64,000 nucleotides of DNA, from contig OX597814.1 of NCBI GenBank assembly GCA_951406725.2, positions 126,108,001 through 126,172,000 on the forward strand, read 5' to 3'. The DNA is from Octopus vulgaris. Its lineage: Eukaryota. This document shows positions 38,451-51,530 of the stretch, piece by piece (position 1 is the stretch's first letter; each line of letters opens with the position of its first letter). The position numbers and the translations under genes were made by a program. The notes under the pieces were generated by a model, which was not told the origin of the DNA, ran no database searches, and saw only the letters and a list, made by a program, of their open reading frames with translations.

Positions 38451-39532
38451 CTCCATTATAGTCAAATTTCTTAGTTTGTCCAACACAGATTCCACTATGA
38501 AATTTCTTTGTTACTAAATCTATATAGATATAAATGAATATGTCTCCTCTTATAATCCTAATATTCCCAGTTGAACATTCTCATACATATGGGCCTCCTT
38601 GTTAATTTTATGTTAATTCTTTTAACATTTGTTGCACAGTTTATCTATGACAACTATTATTTTTATATGTTCTGAAAATACCAAAGCAGTTTACAAGGAG
38701 TACCAGTAGTATGATACACAAAATACCTTCTGGTATTTAACTAAACCCACTTATTTTTCTGTGTTAAAATGAATCCCATTGGAGTTGACTTTTTGTCTCA
38801 TTCTTCAAGAATGAATGAATACCAGTGATATACTGGAGTATAGTCACCTATACTCCACACCCTAACTTCGTTTTGCCTTGTGTCAAATTTATTTTTGGTC
38901 AGGAAAGAGAATTCTAGTTTTATATAATTTAGTTTGAACATCATCTACCAGTAGAGAACACATGAATCTCTAGTTATCTCAGTGAAGCAGCACTGTCTCA
39001 CTCCATTTCCTACCTGAGAATATGTAATAAAATCATAATCAACCCTTAGGCACTCATATTGATAATTATAACTTTTATAATTAAACTCTAATGAGACACA
39101 TTCAAACATAGTATTATATGTATATATATCACTAAAACTAACCTGTAATAATAGTCGAGTTGAGACTACAGCAGGCAACAATACAGGAATTGTCATCAAA
39201 AAGAATCACATCACTTCAATTAAATCATAACCATTAATTTGTACTATGGCCATGTAATAGGTTGATGGTGTTACTACTATTAATAGCTACATATACAGAA
39301 ATACTATTCTAAAATTAGAGTAAAACCAACCATTTATCACCTATTAGTAGCTAATTGTGCTCATTACTAATCTTTCTTGTGTATATGATAAGCATTGATA
39401 GATGAAATTTAATTAGCAGCAACTACTGTATATTTGTGATTTACAACTAGTGTTGAACTTTGAAAATAGACTAACTTAATTCCATTAATTTAATTATATT
39501 ATTGACTAGACTGTAATTTCCTTTCTTTTCAG

Positions 39533-39609
39533 CTACTGTTTATATCAGCAATGGCACCAATATTCTGAAAATAAGAAAAGGGCACAAAAAAGAGAGCATT
39601 TTCTCCCAG
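39533..39609 (+). CDS. Candidate 77-nt internal exon of an unidentified gene
   Basis: Polypyrimidine acceptor TTTCCTTTCTTTTCAG, branch-like GACTAAC about 60 nt upstream, donor CAG|GTAAAA. Two open frames (YCLYQQWHQYSENKKRAQKREHFLP or TVYISNGTNILKIRKGHKKESIFSQ). Lies in a TE-poor stretch. Confidence 0.35.
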
Positions 39610-41279
39610 GTAAAAATTTAGATTTTATTCTTTTTTTCCCTATACACAAAAGAAATATTTTGAAGTTGTGAAGTTTTTATTGAATTTCTTTGGTTGTTAA
39701 GTTGTTCAAGTTTGAACTAAACAATATTATTGTCAATAATAGTCACTTGAAACTGATTCTGGTAATTATTTCAATAAAAGGCTATCTTCTCTAGCTTAAA
39801 CATTTATGAATGGTCTATTGTATTTCAAAAGAATTCAGTTCCTTTCAGTTAACTAACCATACCAGTAATATACAAGAATTGGAGTTCCAGAAAATTCTGT
39901 TTTATCGATTTTTATCTGAACATAATATAATTGTCTTAATCTATCTCCATTTTGAAGATAGTCCTACCTCTAAGTTTTGGTACCTTAATACGCAGATATA
40001 ATGATAATTTGTTTAAATCACTATGCTTTCCAGTACAGTTAATAGTTTAGATATCATGACAAGTAGAGTTTAATTTCCATAAGAAACCGTCATTAATTCA
40101 ACCTTTATATTCAATATATTTTCTCCAATTATTCCCTTCTTCAATTCCTGTTTTACTTCGAAATACAACCTCATTAATAAAGAAAAATATTAAAGAAGTT
40201 CTTAGTTTTTACCTGATAAACAGCAAATAATAAATTATAAGTAGGATGGGTGAAGTGATGAGAAGGGTAGTGTGAATTAATGATTTAATGTTTCTTAGAT
40301 GAAATCTCCAGTGACAAACATTGAAGTTATAAGCAAGGCTAATGGCAAAACTAAGATTGTTTCTTAAAATTAATTATTGGAAAGAATCTCTTGGTAACCA
40401 GGAGAAAATTAAAATGAAACAAATGAGGAAATTTTATATTCTTTAAATGTGTTTAGATATATTGTAAATGAGGATTACTAATCATTCTATTAAAAAAAAA
40501 ATAAATAAACAGACATAAATCAATTTTAACTGAAATTTTGATGAGGTAAAAATGTTGAGGTTCAGTGAAAAATGAGAATTTTAGAAGGAAAAAATCCTGA
40601 GGCTCAGTGAAAACGGAAGAGTTCTAAACAGGGAAATATAAAACAAAACCAATTGGAATCAAATTCTATGAGAAATAAAATCAGTATGAATTTGTAATGA
40701 AGCCACAATCATCTCTCGTGACATTCGATCAATATTTAAATAGTATACTTGTTTATAATTAGTCCCAGACTACTTCACAGCATGAAGACTAGACTTTAGG
40801 AGTGAGAAAATTGAGTAGGTATAAATTTAACTGGCAGTAAGGATCAAGAGAGCAATTTGGCGACATTAATACAGAATTGATTGAAATAAGTAATGGTGTG
40901 AAGCATTTGAAATTAAATCAATAAAGCACTATTCTACTGCACAAAATGATGTTTGAAGAGATGTTATGAAATTTGAATAGTGGATTCTGTGTTTCACATT
41001 TAAAGAGAATACAAAGGAATATTCAAACACAGAGCTTTCTGTCAAAAGAAATTATTGAAGTCTTCTTATAAGGGACCGAAAATGTTATAGAAGAGAAAGG
41101 TCAGTGGAGAGTCTCTTTAAGAGTAATCGTTAATGAGTACATGTCCAGAATTGATCTTATGACAGATTTTTCAATTTATTATGATAGATAGAATAAGAAT
41201 TCTCTGTAGAGGAGTCTTGAGAGGAAAATATGTTCCATGTGTCTTATTTATTGTAGTAATTTTTATGATGATGATTGTT

Positions 41280-41750
41280 ACGGTAGTGGGACATAATGTA
41301 GTTTTGTGATGGTGGAAACTGTTGGGATATGATAGAGACATATTGTAGTGTTGTAATGAGGAAACTGTGTGTTATTGTGGTGGTGGAGATATAATGTAGT
41401 GTATGATGGTGAGGGCATAATGTAATATTATGGTGATTGACATGGTGCAGTTTTGTGATGGTAGAAATAGTGTAGTGTTGTGGTGATGAGACACAGTGCA
41501 GTGGTGTGGTGGGGGGACATAACGTAGTTTTGTGATAGTGGAGACTGTATGGTGTTATGGGAGGTAGGTGACACAGTGTAGTGTTATAGTACTGCACAAT
41601 ATGGTGTTGTGGTGGGAACTGGAGACACAGTATGGTGTTGTAGTAGGAACATAATGTTGTGAAGTGATTGGAAATTAATGTAGAGTTGTGAGGCAGTATG
41701 ATGGTCAAGCAGTGCTAAGTGGTCTAGTGTGGTGTTGCGGTGGGAACGAG
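41280..41750. repeat. Degenerate ~27-bp GT-rich minisatellite
   Basis: Recurring TGTAGTGTTGTGGTGGTGGAGACATA-like units. It explains the His/Thr-rich ORF 41244-41708. Confidence 0.75.
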
Positions 41751-42549
41751 ATTTTTATGGTTACTTAACCCCAAGTCAGCTCTGTTTAATCTGAGCAAGG
41801 GCATTTCAATTGTAGTCATCCTATTTTATTTCCAGATATAGTATAGCTAGGACTAGAGTATCCAATGTACTCTTTCTTGTCTAAGATGGCAGGGTTTGAT
41901 GTGAGGGAGTTTTGAATGGCTCCTTGCAGTCTCCTGTGACTCACTGAGGCATAATGCAAGATGATAGAGTGGTTATGGTGGGGGAAGTCCCCTATGTTGA
42001 TGTTCAGTGTTAGAACAGTGTAGTTTTCTAAGGCAATGTAGTTATGAGACAATCTTGTGTGGTGTAATTTTACAATAATGTTTATGTAGAGTAGTGTCAG
42101 GGTTGGGGAGAATGTGTAGTCATGTTGTGAAGCAGTCTAATTATAGTGTTAGACAGAATAGTGTAGAAGAGTGTTGTGTAATGTAGTGCTATACTATGGG
42201 GCTATGTAATAGTATTATCGCTAGGAATATGTAATGTTGTATAATTGTTGTTATTTAACCCCAGGGCAGCTCTTTTTGAGCACAGCTATGATCAAAGGTG
42301 TTAAAGCTATAATCATGTCATATTTGTTGAAGGTATAATCCACCCAGGGCTCCATTAACCTGCATATATGTTTTCTCATTTTTAGATGGTAGAGTGTAAG
42401 TTGAAGAAGATTTAGTTATTGTTTCTAGCAAAATGATTGACCACATTAAGGCTCCCTCTTTAGCACATGCAAAGGTGTAGTGCAATGCATAATCTTAAAC
42501 TGAGCAAGTGTTGCATGACAACAAGTTGTTGATAGAACAGAGATTAAAT

Positions 42550-43530
42550 ATAGACAGACTTGTGTCAGCATGCAAACTATCATGAACTCTGGACTAAATC
42601 TTTCCATTGTATTCCATTAATTATAAAACAGCAGAACATTTCAAAGACTGAATTTGGGAATGAAGTTTTGATTAGGGAAAATGTATTTCCAACTAAAGAT
42701 GTGAATTTACTGCAAATGTCTGAGAATACTGAATAAATGTGGTATTATATCCCTTTCAAATCTCTTTGTTTATGCATTTGTTATGGAGTATTAAAAGAGA
42801 TTAAGAATTTAACATTCTTTTGATCCCAATGCTATCTTTGAGCTATCCAATTAATCTGAACACATGGAAATTCTACTCAACTTGACTCTTGACTTCTAAT
42901 TAGAACCCAGCATTATTGCTTTTAATTGAAGAAATTTTCTAAGGCTTTCTAATTATTTATTGTTAACCTAAGTCCTTTCATACTATTCTTTCAAAGTTAA
43001 CTTCATCCACAACATTCAACTTTGTCAATTTTGATCGTTTTAACATGCACGCACAATTTTGTATATATTGCCATTGTCTTTAATATGTTTGGTCTGTAGT
43101 TCTCTAATTGCTGTTCCACTATTACTACATAGGTTCTACAATAAGCATTTAAACTATTCTTTGGGTAGTTGCTTATAGAAGTCTGCTATAAATTGCTTTC
43201 AGGACTTTTGTATTTATTTGATTTATCATAAATTGACCACCAAGTCAGAACATGACAAATTGCTGGTGAATGTTCAGTTACGATTCTTCAATTGGTCACG
43301 TTGTGCCAGAGGGACCTGCTCTAGTGTTTTAGTGAAATGTGACATTACTTCTGACATAGAAGCTGCTTCATGCAATTATTGATAGACCTCCCATTAGTTT
43401 CAGTAATGAGAATTCAGACAATGAATCAACTATTTCCTCATGTATGTGTTCATGGCTGAGTATTTCATAGTCATATCATTAACAGGCTGAATTAGTATGA
43501 TACATATAATGGGGCTTGCCTTTTGAATTA
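42550..43530 (-). mobile_element. Possible very old hAT (Charlie-like) transposase fossil
   Basis: Scattered remnants in the expected order: SKGKPH, TLEQVPL and KFTSLVGNTF (compare GKPHT, IPLS, SLFGSTY). No TIRs seen. Confidence 0.25.
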
Positions 43531-44675
43531 CTACACATTCTCTGTCTGTCTAATGTCATTTGCAAGATTTGGATTGACCTGAGGCTATAGTCAAAGGTAC
43601 TTGCTCAAGATGCCATGTAGTGGATTGAACCTGAGATTTACAGTTGTGAAATAAACTTTTGGTCATTTACTATGCCTATATCAGCAATCCAATTATTTAT
43701 GTTGTTATTTTGTTGATATCTCCACTATTTACATTAACATAAAAATACATATTCCAGTATTGACTCTGCTTATCTATAATGTAATGATACAAGGTAACAG
43801 TGAGATAGAATTGGCTGAAAGTCAAATAAAATACCTGGCTACATTTAGTTATACCCGCTATGTTTTGAGTTCCAGTCATGTTGAGGTTGGTAAAATAAGT
43901 TAAGTACCATAAGTACATGCATGGATGTATGGTTAAAAAGTTCACTCAACAATTATGTGATTTTGAGCTTGATCCTCCTACATAGCACTTTTGTGGTGTC
44001 TTCTATCATGACCTTGGGTTTATTAATACCTATGAGGGAAATCTGATTCATGGAAACTATGTGGAAGCCCTTCATGTCTGTGTGTTTATCTTTCACTGAA
44101 GTACATCAATGAAAGAAGTATACAATGGCAAGAAAACTAAAATACCAGTTCTCTCCAAACAAAGTCCATTTAATATTGAGTTACAGAATCTTTCTTGTCA
44201 TTTTCACCACCAGAAGTTTTGTGAACCAGTGATTAAGCCTATCAGAAAACTGCAACCAATGGCACCATTGTTAGCCAGATGTTATCTAGAATACTTAAAT
44301 AATTAAATAAACCTAGAATTGGCCTAATTTTAAGTGTTTGCTCTCTCTAAATGTTGGGCTTTGTACCTTTCTTTGTTAGAAATTAATATTTTATTTTCTT
44401 TTTCACTGAGATGTTATATTGATTTCTTACACGGGAAGAGTTATAGAAGTAGGGAAATGGGAAGTTCTCACATCTGTCTTTCCTCAAAACCTTTGTTAAT
44501 TTTATGGGTATTAGTGGATGCAGGTTAAGCAAAAGTCTGTGGTTAAGAATTTTCTTTTCAAACTACTTAGCTCCAAATTCAATTTCATAGACTTCAGTTG
44601 GCCATAATATTATGTGTGTCAAAACTGTACAGAAATTCATTGTATAAAAATGAGAGTGTGCATGTATGTTTGTAT

Positions 44676-44710
<35 letters not shown>

Positions 44711-44939
44711 ATGTGTGCATGCATGTGTGTGTTCATGCGTGTGTGTGTATGTGTTCATGCGTGTGTGTGTATGTGTGCATGCATGTGTGTGTTCATGCGT
44801 GTATGTGTGTAATATATGAGAGAAGCATCTCTAATCTCAAGAACAACAGTAACTCCAAATAAGAACTGATTTGAAGTATTGTGACCTATATTAGCATAGT
44901 AAATGAATATAAAATTGTGCTACAGATGATGTGTAAGAT

Positions 44940-46445
44940 TATACATACATCTCTGTAATGATAGGAACATTGATCATCAAAGTAGTTTATCATGGACCGA
45001 TAGCTGGATAAGCATTTGCAATCCATGAAAAGGAAATATAAACCAAGTACCTGATGCACAAAAGGGATAGAGATGCAGGAAAAGCTGTACAATGTGACAA
45101 CTGACGCAGCTTTTGTGGAGTTCACATTGAAGATATCACCCACATCATCAGCAGTTGTCCGAAAATGTTTTCATGGTCTTATCTGCCAATGAGACATGAT
45201 GTATCTAGGACACTCGATAATGAAATCCGTTGGAAGGATAATCCTGAGGACAAAGAAATAAGAACCCACAATATGGTAGAAGCTATAGCCACTCATAATA
45301 AAAAGGAATACTGGTGGAATGTCTCAGTGAAAACCTCAATAAAATATAAGCACAACAGATCTGATATAATGATTTGGGATAGGGAAGAGAAATTGTGCAC
45401 AGTTGTGGAAAATAGCTACCCAGCAGTTGTTAACATAAAGCTGAAGATCAGTGAAAAAGAGAGCACTTATGCTGAACAATTGAGAAATCTGCAGTTACTC
45501 TATCCAGATTAAAAGTTCAGGTAATTACTGGGGCCTTGGGATATGTAACACACTGGCTAAATACCAATCTTGAGAAATTAGGCTTCTCAAAACCAGAAAG
45601 GAGAAAGCTAATTCAAAGACTACAGATCCAATTCATCACTGGAACTGTAAAAATCTGTAAAACTTTCCAGAAGTTTATCATTTATTGTCAGATCACTCTT
45701 GAGTACTACTGGTAACATGTAACCCTGTACAACCTGTCGCATGGTCACTTATCAACGACTAAATTGGTAACCTCATCAAGCTTACTTGGTGCAGAGGGGT
45801 GGACACCCCACAAGATGAAAAATAAGACCCATCAAAGCAGAAAAACTACTGTGTAGTCAACGGCTAATTCAACAAGTACTTTGTCATGGAAGTGCCTGTG
45901 TGCTCCATTGATCCGGAGAGCTATGCTGGAGAGAGAGAAATCTTCAGGCAGGTCTTACCAGGCCACACAGAGCGAAGAGTAGGAGACAGACAAAACTTTA
46001 ATAATAATAAATCAAAGTGTCAGCAGCAGGGCATGGATTTAGTTATCAGCAGGACCTAACAGATAAGATTCCTGGCTTTGAACTAGCAGGATTTCATGCA
46101 GAGGATCTTGAATATGGGACAATTGATGAGACCCTAATATTCCTAGTTAGATGGAAACTTTGGAGCAGTGCCCTGTGACACCTATAGTATGTGGAACTGA
46201 AACCCCTGGAAAGGGGCATCCTATGGGATGACCTAGATGAGAGATTATCATTTAAATATATATGAGCATGTCTAGATATGCAACTATACGCATGAGAATA
46301 CATACATACACACATACTTACATAGAAACAAACAAACAAACAAACAAAAATACCCTGTTGTTGATGTTGAAATTCCAATGAAGGAGCCTTGGTTCTAGGT
46401 TAGAAACTGATTCTTTCTCTGTTGGCTAGAAATTTTGAAATAAAG
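44940..46445 (+). mobile_element. R4/Dong-like RLE non-LTR retrotransposon 3' portion, interrupted by an insertion
   Basis: Decayed Zn knuckle FCGVHIEDITHIISSCPKM, then LPMRHD, HNRSDIMIWDREEKLCTVVE and EKESTY, ending KTFQKFII*. The 3' UTR appears to resume at 46245. Confidence 0.85.
45685..46244 (+). mobile_element. 560-bp non-autonomous retroelement-like insertion
   Basis: 10-bp TSD TTATCATTTA at 45675-45684 and 46245-46254. No TIR or LTR; ends GACCTAGATGAGAGA. Strand inferred from the tail. Confidence 0.75.
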
Positions 46446-46724
46446 TAAATAATGACTACATATGTACATACATATGGACAGATGGCTAGATGGATGATCT
46501 ATAGATACTTTAGTAACATTGCTAGTATCTAGTAATTCAGAAACAGTATTTTTCAATAAAATGTACAACAGACAAGATAGTGACATCCATCTTGTCTTTT
46601 GTATCACCAGCTACAAAAGATTTTACTGAAGAATAAAGTGACCAAATTCCTGAATTTTTTCATGGGACCATGATACTGGAATAGCTACAGACACTAAATA
46701 TGTATACACTACATTTTATAAGTT

Positions 46725-46900
46725 GGAGGTGTGTGTCTTAGTGGTTGAACTCATGATCATAAGATTGTGGTTTCAATTCCTGGACCAGGCAATGTGTTGT
46801 GTTCTTGAGCAAAGCACTTCATTTCTCGTTACCCCAGTCCACTCAGTTGGCAAAAGAGTAATCTAGTGATGGACTGGCAACCAATCCAGAGGGGAATATA
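46725..46900 (+). mobile_element. Decayed SINE with family C head and a different body
   Basis: Head and TGTGTTCTTGAGCAAAGCAC...CCAGTCCACTCAG match the 2081 copy, then the sequence diverges (GTGATGGACTGGC...TCCAG). Confidence 0.75.
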
Positions 46901-48474
46901 TACACCAAGACAACTGATATTAATTTTATTTGATTTCATGGGGGAATAAATGGTAAGACTTGAACTTATAATAAAAAGATATAACAAAATACCACAAGGC
47001 ATTTATTTTGACTGGTAATCTACTGATTCTACTTTTCACTTTTCTATGCTTAAAGCCATAAATTTTAGGAGTGTAGCATAGTCAGTCAGAATTATGGAAT
47101 GGTGTAGTCAATTAGATTAAGCCCAATACTTATCAACTCCTGAAAGATGAAAGGCAAATTCAATCTCTATGGTAATAATGATACAGTGAATCAAGGTTGT
47201 CAAGGGTCATAACAGCAGTTCTGTTATTGATTTTAACATCTTTGCTACTGTTATAATTTCCAAAATACCTTACCTCTGCTTTGTTTGGAACCTAATGTTA
47301 GATTTACTCTTTCATATTACTTCCCTTGAAAATACTCTCTTAAAGTGAGACTTTAACTCCACTGACTACGGAAGTCAAGAGGTATCTGTAGAAAGTTCAT
47401 TATTGATGCAAATACACTGCCTGAATGGCTTAATATCTCCACCTCTCTCTTAATTACTCACACATTCCCTTCTCTGTGTTATACACACACATTCCCAATC
47501 TCTCTCCTTCAATCAAGAAATGGAGTCTTTTGAATTAGGTATACCCTTCCTAGCAGTTTTAGCAAATGAAGGATGCTTTGCATAACATTGTCTTAGATAC
47601 ACTATCTCAGGAAAAACATGTGATGGTCATTGTTATAGCAGCTTTCAAAGCATTTAGCTGGATCAGGACTGGCCCTCTTAGGGATACATATTGACAGTAA
47701 GACAAATTTAGCCTTATGAGTGGATTTGATGGACAGAAACTGAAAGAAACCAGAGAACTGAATGAATACAGATACATACATATGCAAATACAAACACATA
47801 CATATTCAGATACATATGTATATCAACACACACACACATATGCACAGGGATACACAAACATTTTCAGGGAGTTTTTGAGTTACAATGATCACTTAATAGC
47901 TTATTCAATTGGGTTTTCATACCAGAGATTACAGACAAGAAAAACAAAATGATGAAACCATCCATTCTCCATGCAGAACATATAGTGTCCAGGATCTCTG
48001 ACTTGTGGAGTTACATTGAACAGCTGTTGCTATGTATAGGACATATACGACTATCAAATGAATCCCTTGTTCCAAGATCTTCATGAGTATTCATTGGTTG
48101 TAAACAAAGGTCTCACTGTTTATACAAGCAGTGTCTTTACTTGTAATCTGCTGTAGAAGGCATATATGGGATTTTTTTACAAATCTTCACACTAGCTTTG
48201 TAAGGTTCATCCATGCAGTGTCATTTGTTTAGAGTTTCTGGCTTAACTATGTCTTGGCTGTTTGTTGTTTGATAGACTGGGAGATTATCACCTCACTTGG
48301 AAATAGACAGGGTTTTGTTCCAGGAGGGGTATCCAACTATAGAAACTCTGTCCCAAAGTTTTCTCATCTGTTTCAAGAATGGAAAAGTAGAAAGTATACA
48401 CTAAATTGATGATGGTTTGATGCTACAAATTCTAAATTGGTTTCTCTGATTTACATCAATCTTTCCTGGAATAT

Positions 48475-48830
48475 CTGTTATTCTGACCTATTAAATCTTC
48501 TTAAAATACCGCAATCACTAATCACTACTTAACTTAATTACACCTTCTTATGCTGTCACAGTCAGTCAGTACTATTACTGACCTAATTAAATTTTCTTAT
48601 CCTGTCACAATATTGTTGACCTAATTAACCCTTCTTATGTAGTTACAATTAGTGTTATTGCTGATCCAATTAAACCTTATACTATCATTATCAATCATTA
48701 TTAGAGTTGACATAAATAAACCTTCTCATGCTGTTAAATTCATTTTATTGTTGACCTAATTAAACCTCAGTCATTAATCACTTATTGTTGACTTAATCAA
48801 ATCTTCTTGTATTGTCACAGTCAATCATAT
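48475..48830. repeat. Degenerate ~40-bp minisatellite
   Basis: Recurring TTATTGTTGACCTAATTAAACCTTCTTATGCTGTCACA-like units. Confidence 0.8.
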
Positions 48831-48899
48831 TTTTCCAAGATGTGAAGCTAACACTTACTAGGTGAGCAACCAGGTGCTTCTATATCAGCAATTCTCAAA

Positions 48900-49465
48900 T
48901 AATATAATAATGAGCTTATATTGTATACAGTGCTAGGTGCACTACAACTCATCAGAAAAAAATAAAAACTGCATGAACAGTATATAAAATATGCACAGGA
49001 AGTGAACAGTGAAAATGTCTTTAAAAAAATATGGAAGAAGAAATGGGGGTGGAGGGCATCAGGTATACTGTTGGCGAATTTCAGGAAACATGGAAGTTTT
49101 GAAAGATGTAGTGTCTGTACAGATAACAACTGATGCAGGCAGTTTATTCCATGCTTCACCAATTCTGAACATAAAAAGATATTTCTGAAAGCCATGAGTA
49201 TTGTGTTGTTTTTTGATTTTGTAAGCATGTCCACATGCATTAGACACATGGAATTCAAAGAGGTGCCCAAGGTTGTTGTTGGAAAGATGGTGGATAATCT
49301 TGTGGGTGTCTACCAAGTCAATTGCCAGACATCAGAGCTTTAATGTATCCATGCCCTGGGAAGTAAGACATTCAGTGTTTGGTAGATGCCGAATAGCAGG
49401 TATTTGTCTTGTTGAACGTTTCTGGAGACTGATTTGCCAAGCAAGATAGGGGTTCCAGACTGATC
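48900..49465 (-). pseudogene. CR1-clade LINE 3' end
   Basis: LVDTHKIIH...SNACGHAYKIKK...FRIGEAWNKLPASVV...SFK matches CR1 C-terminal motifs (TRGH..KL, WN.LP, FK). Confidence 0.85.
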
Positions 49466-50734
49466 TACATTAATGTTTGAGCATCATTGAAAATATGTTA
49501 TTCATTATTTTCTTATACACTAATAGGATTTATAAAGTGAAACAAGCATGTTTTTCTAAATTTGTCATTTTGGAACATAATTTTCCAGAGAGAATCTTCT
49601 TTAAAGTATAACACTGAACATACTGTTAAACTTCAAACAACCTTAACTATGGAGAGGCAATCAGTGACAAGCTTGTCATTCTATAGTTGTGCTAAATCAT
49701 ATTAGATATTCCAGTGTAGCTTATATTGTGGTATAAAATACTTTTCATTTCTGTTTCATGCCTCACTAAACGAGACTAATATAACATTTCACTGCTTGAC
49801 TGAGTCTTTTATTCTTTGATTCTTTTCACTGGTTTTACTCATTGGATTGCAGCCATGCTGAAGCATTACTTTCAGGAACTTATTTGACCATACCAACAAT
49901 TTTATTGACTTCTGTTTGTAGATTGACTAAGTTAAGTTTTGATGTGAAAGAACAAAAGTTGACAAACCAATGATAAATGGCATCCAAATCTTCCTTAAAT
50001 CACTCCCCACTATATATATATAAAAAATGGAGAGGAATAGTATTGTTTGTTCAATAACAGTTCAGTAGAGGTTGTTACTAAACAACAGCACACGCACACA
50101 CACACACTACTTGCATATATACTGTACATGCATGCATACATATACATGTCATCTTCATTATCATCATTTTAACATCCACTTTTGTGTGCTAGCATGGGCC
50201 AGATGGAATTTGTTGAAGTAGATTTTCTATGGCCAGATGCCTTTCCTGTTGATAACCATCACCTGTTTCATAGTTAGATAGTATTTCCCCCATGACTAGA
50301 CATGATCTTACAGAAGCCTGAAAATGAAGGACACTACTTGTATGATGATGACACTTGCTTAAAACTATCATGAGATGTCAAGGCATGGAGATTGTAACAC
50401 ACACACACATATATAAGATAGGCTTCTTTGGTTTCCGTCTACCAAATTCACTCACAAGGCTATAGTAGAAATCATTTGCCCAAAATGTCATGCAGTAGGA
50501 CTGAACTTGGAACCATGTCGTTGGGGAGCAAACTTCCTATCACACACAAGCATGCACACACACACTCACATATTTTCTAAGGACTCTTACACATTGTCCA
50601 TTTGTTAAGTTACTAAACTCTTCTTAAAAAGCAGAACAGCAGGATCAATCCCAGAATCAAATTGTTGTAAAGCGAACCTTTTTAAACACATGGCTATACC
50701 TATACCTGTGTATATCTATATATATTTTCACTTA

Positions 50735-51065
50735 AAGGCAAGCTGGTAGAATCATTAGCATGCTTGGCAAAATCCTTAGCAGCATTTTGTCCATCTTTAC
50801 ATTTTGAGTTCAAATTCTACTGAGCTCAACTTTACCTTTCATCCTTTTGGGGTCAGTAAAATAAATACCATCTGAGCACTTGCTGGCCATGTGCCAAAAT
50901 TTGAAACCAATATTTTCAATCACTGGGTGATGGATTAGCAGAATCGATAAAGCAACAGACAAAATACTTTGCAGTAATTTTTTGTGTCTGTTTGCAATCT
51001 GATTTTCAATTCCGTCAAGGTCAACTTTGCCTTTCACCCTTCTGTCATTGATAAAATAAAGCATC
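50735..51065 (+). mobile_element. Two adjacent decayed SINE family A copies
   Basis: Each has the head and the CAACTTT(A/G)CCTTTCA core. Confidence 0.75.
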
Positions 51066-51171
51066 TATTGGAAGTTTTGCTCTCTCTTGATGTTTGAGGA
51101 CTGGTGACTGTTAAAAATCAGTATTTTATTTTTAGGCTAGGTTGTAAAGAATATTATATATTTGAAAAGTT

Positions 51172-51530
51172 TTAGCATGGTTGTGTGATAAGAAGTTTGC
51201 TTTCCAACCACATCATTCCATGTTCAGTCCCACTGCATGGCATCTTGAGCAAGTGTCTTCTACTATAGCTTGTGAATGGATTTGGTAGACAGAAACTGAA
51301 AGAAGCCCATGGAGTGTGTGTGTGAGTATGCATGTGTTTGTCCCCCACCACCACTTGGCTACTGGTGCTGGCGTGTTTATGTCTCCATAACTTAACGGTT
51401 CACCAAAAGAGACCAATAGAATAGGTACCAGGTTTCAAAAAAAATAATAATAATAGTAAGTGCTGGGATCGAATTATGCAACTAAAATATTTCAAGGCAG
51501 TACCCCTGGCACGGTTGCAGTCTAAAATAA
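51172..51530 (+). mobile_element. Decayed SINE family B
   Basis: Colinear with 28908-29328. Confidence 0.85.

Noticed and set aside
38945-39199. Minus-strand ORF with possible 129-nt intron (39014-39142) and a CC-x8-C ending resembling an insulin A chain
   Set aside because: It lacks the CC-x3-C-x8-C pattern, B chain and dibasic sites, so the splice signals may be chance.
40690-41030. Possible Penelope RT remnant (ISRDIRSIF)
   Set aside because: One short motif-like match, too decayed to support.
41244-41708. 154-aa His/Thr-rich ORF
   Set aside because: It coincides with a degenerate GT-rich minisatellite, starts at TTG and shows no domain.
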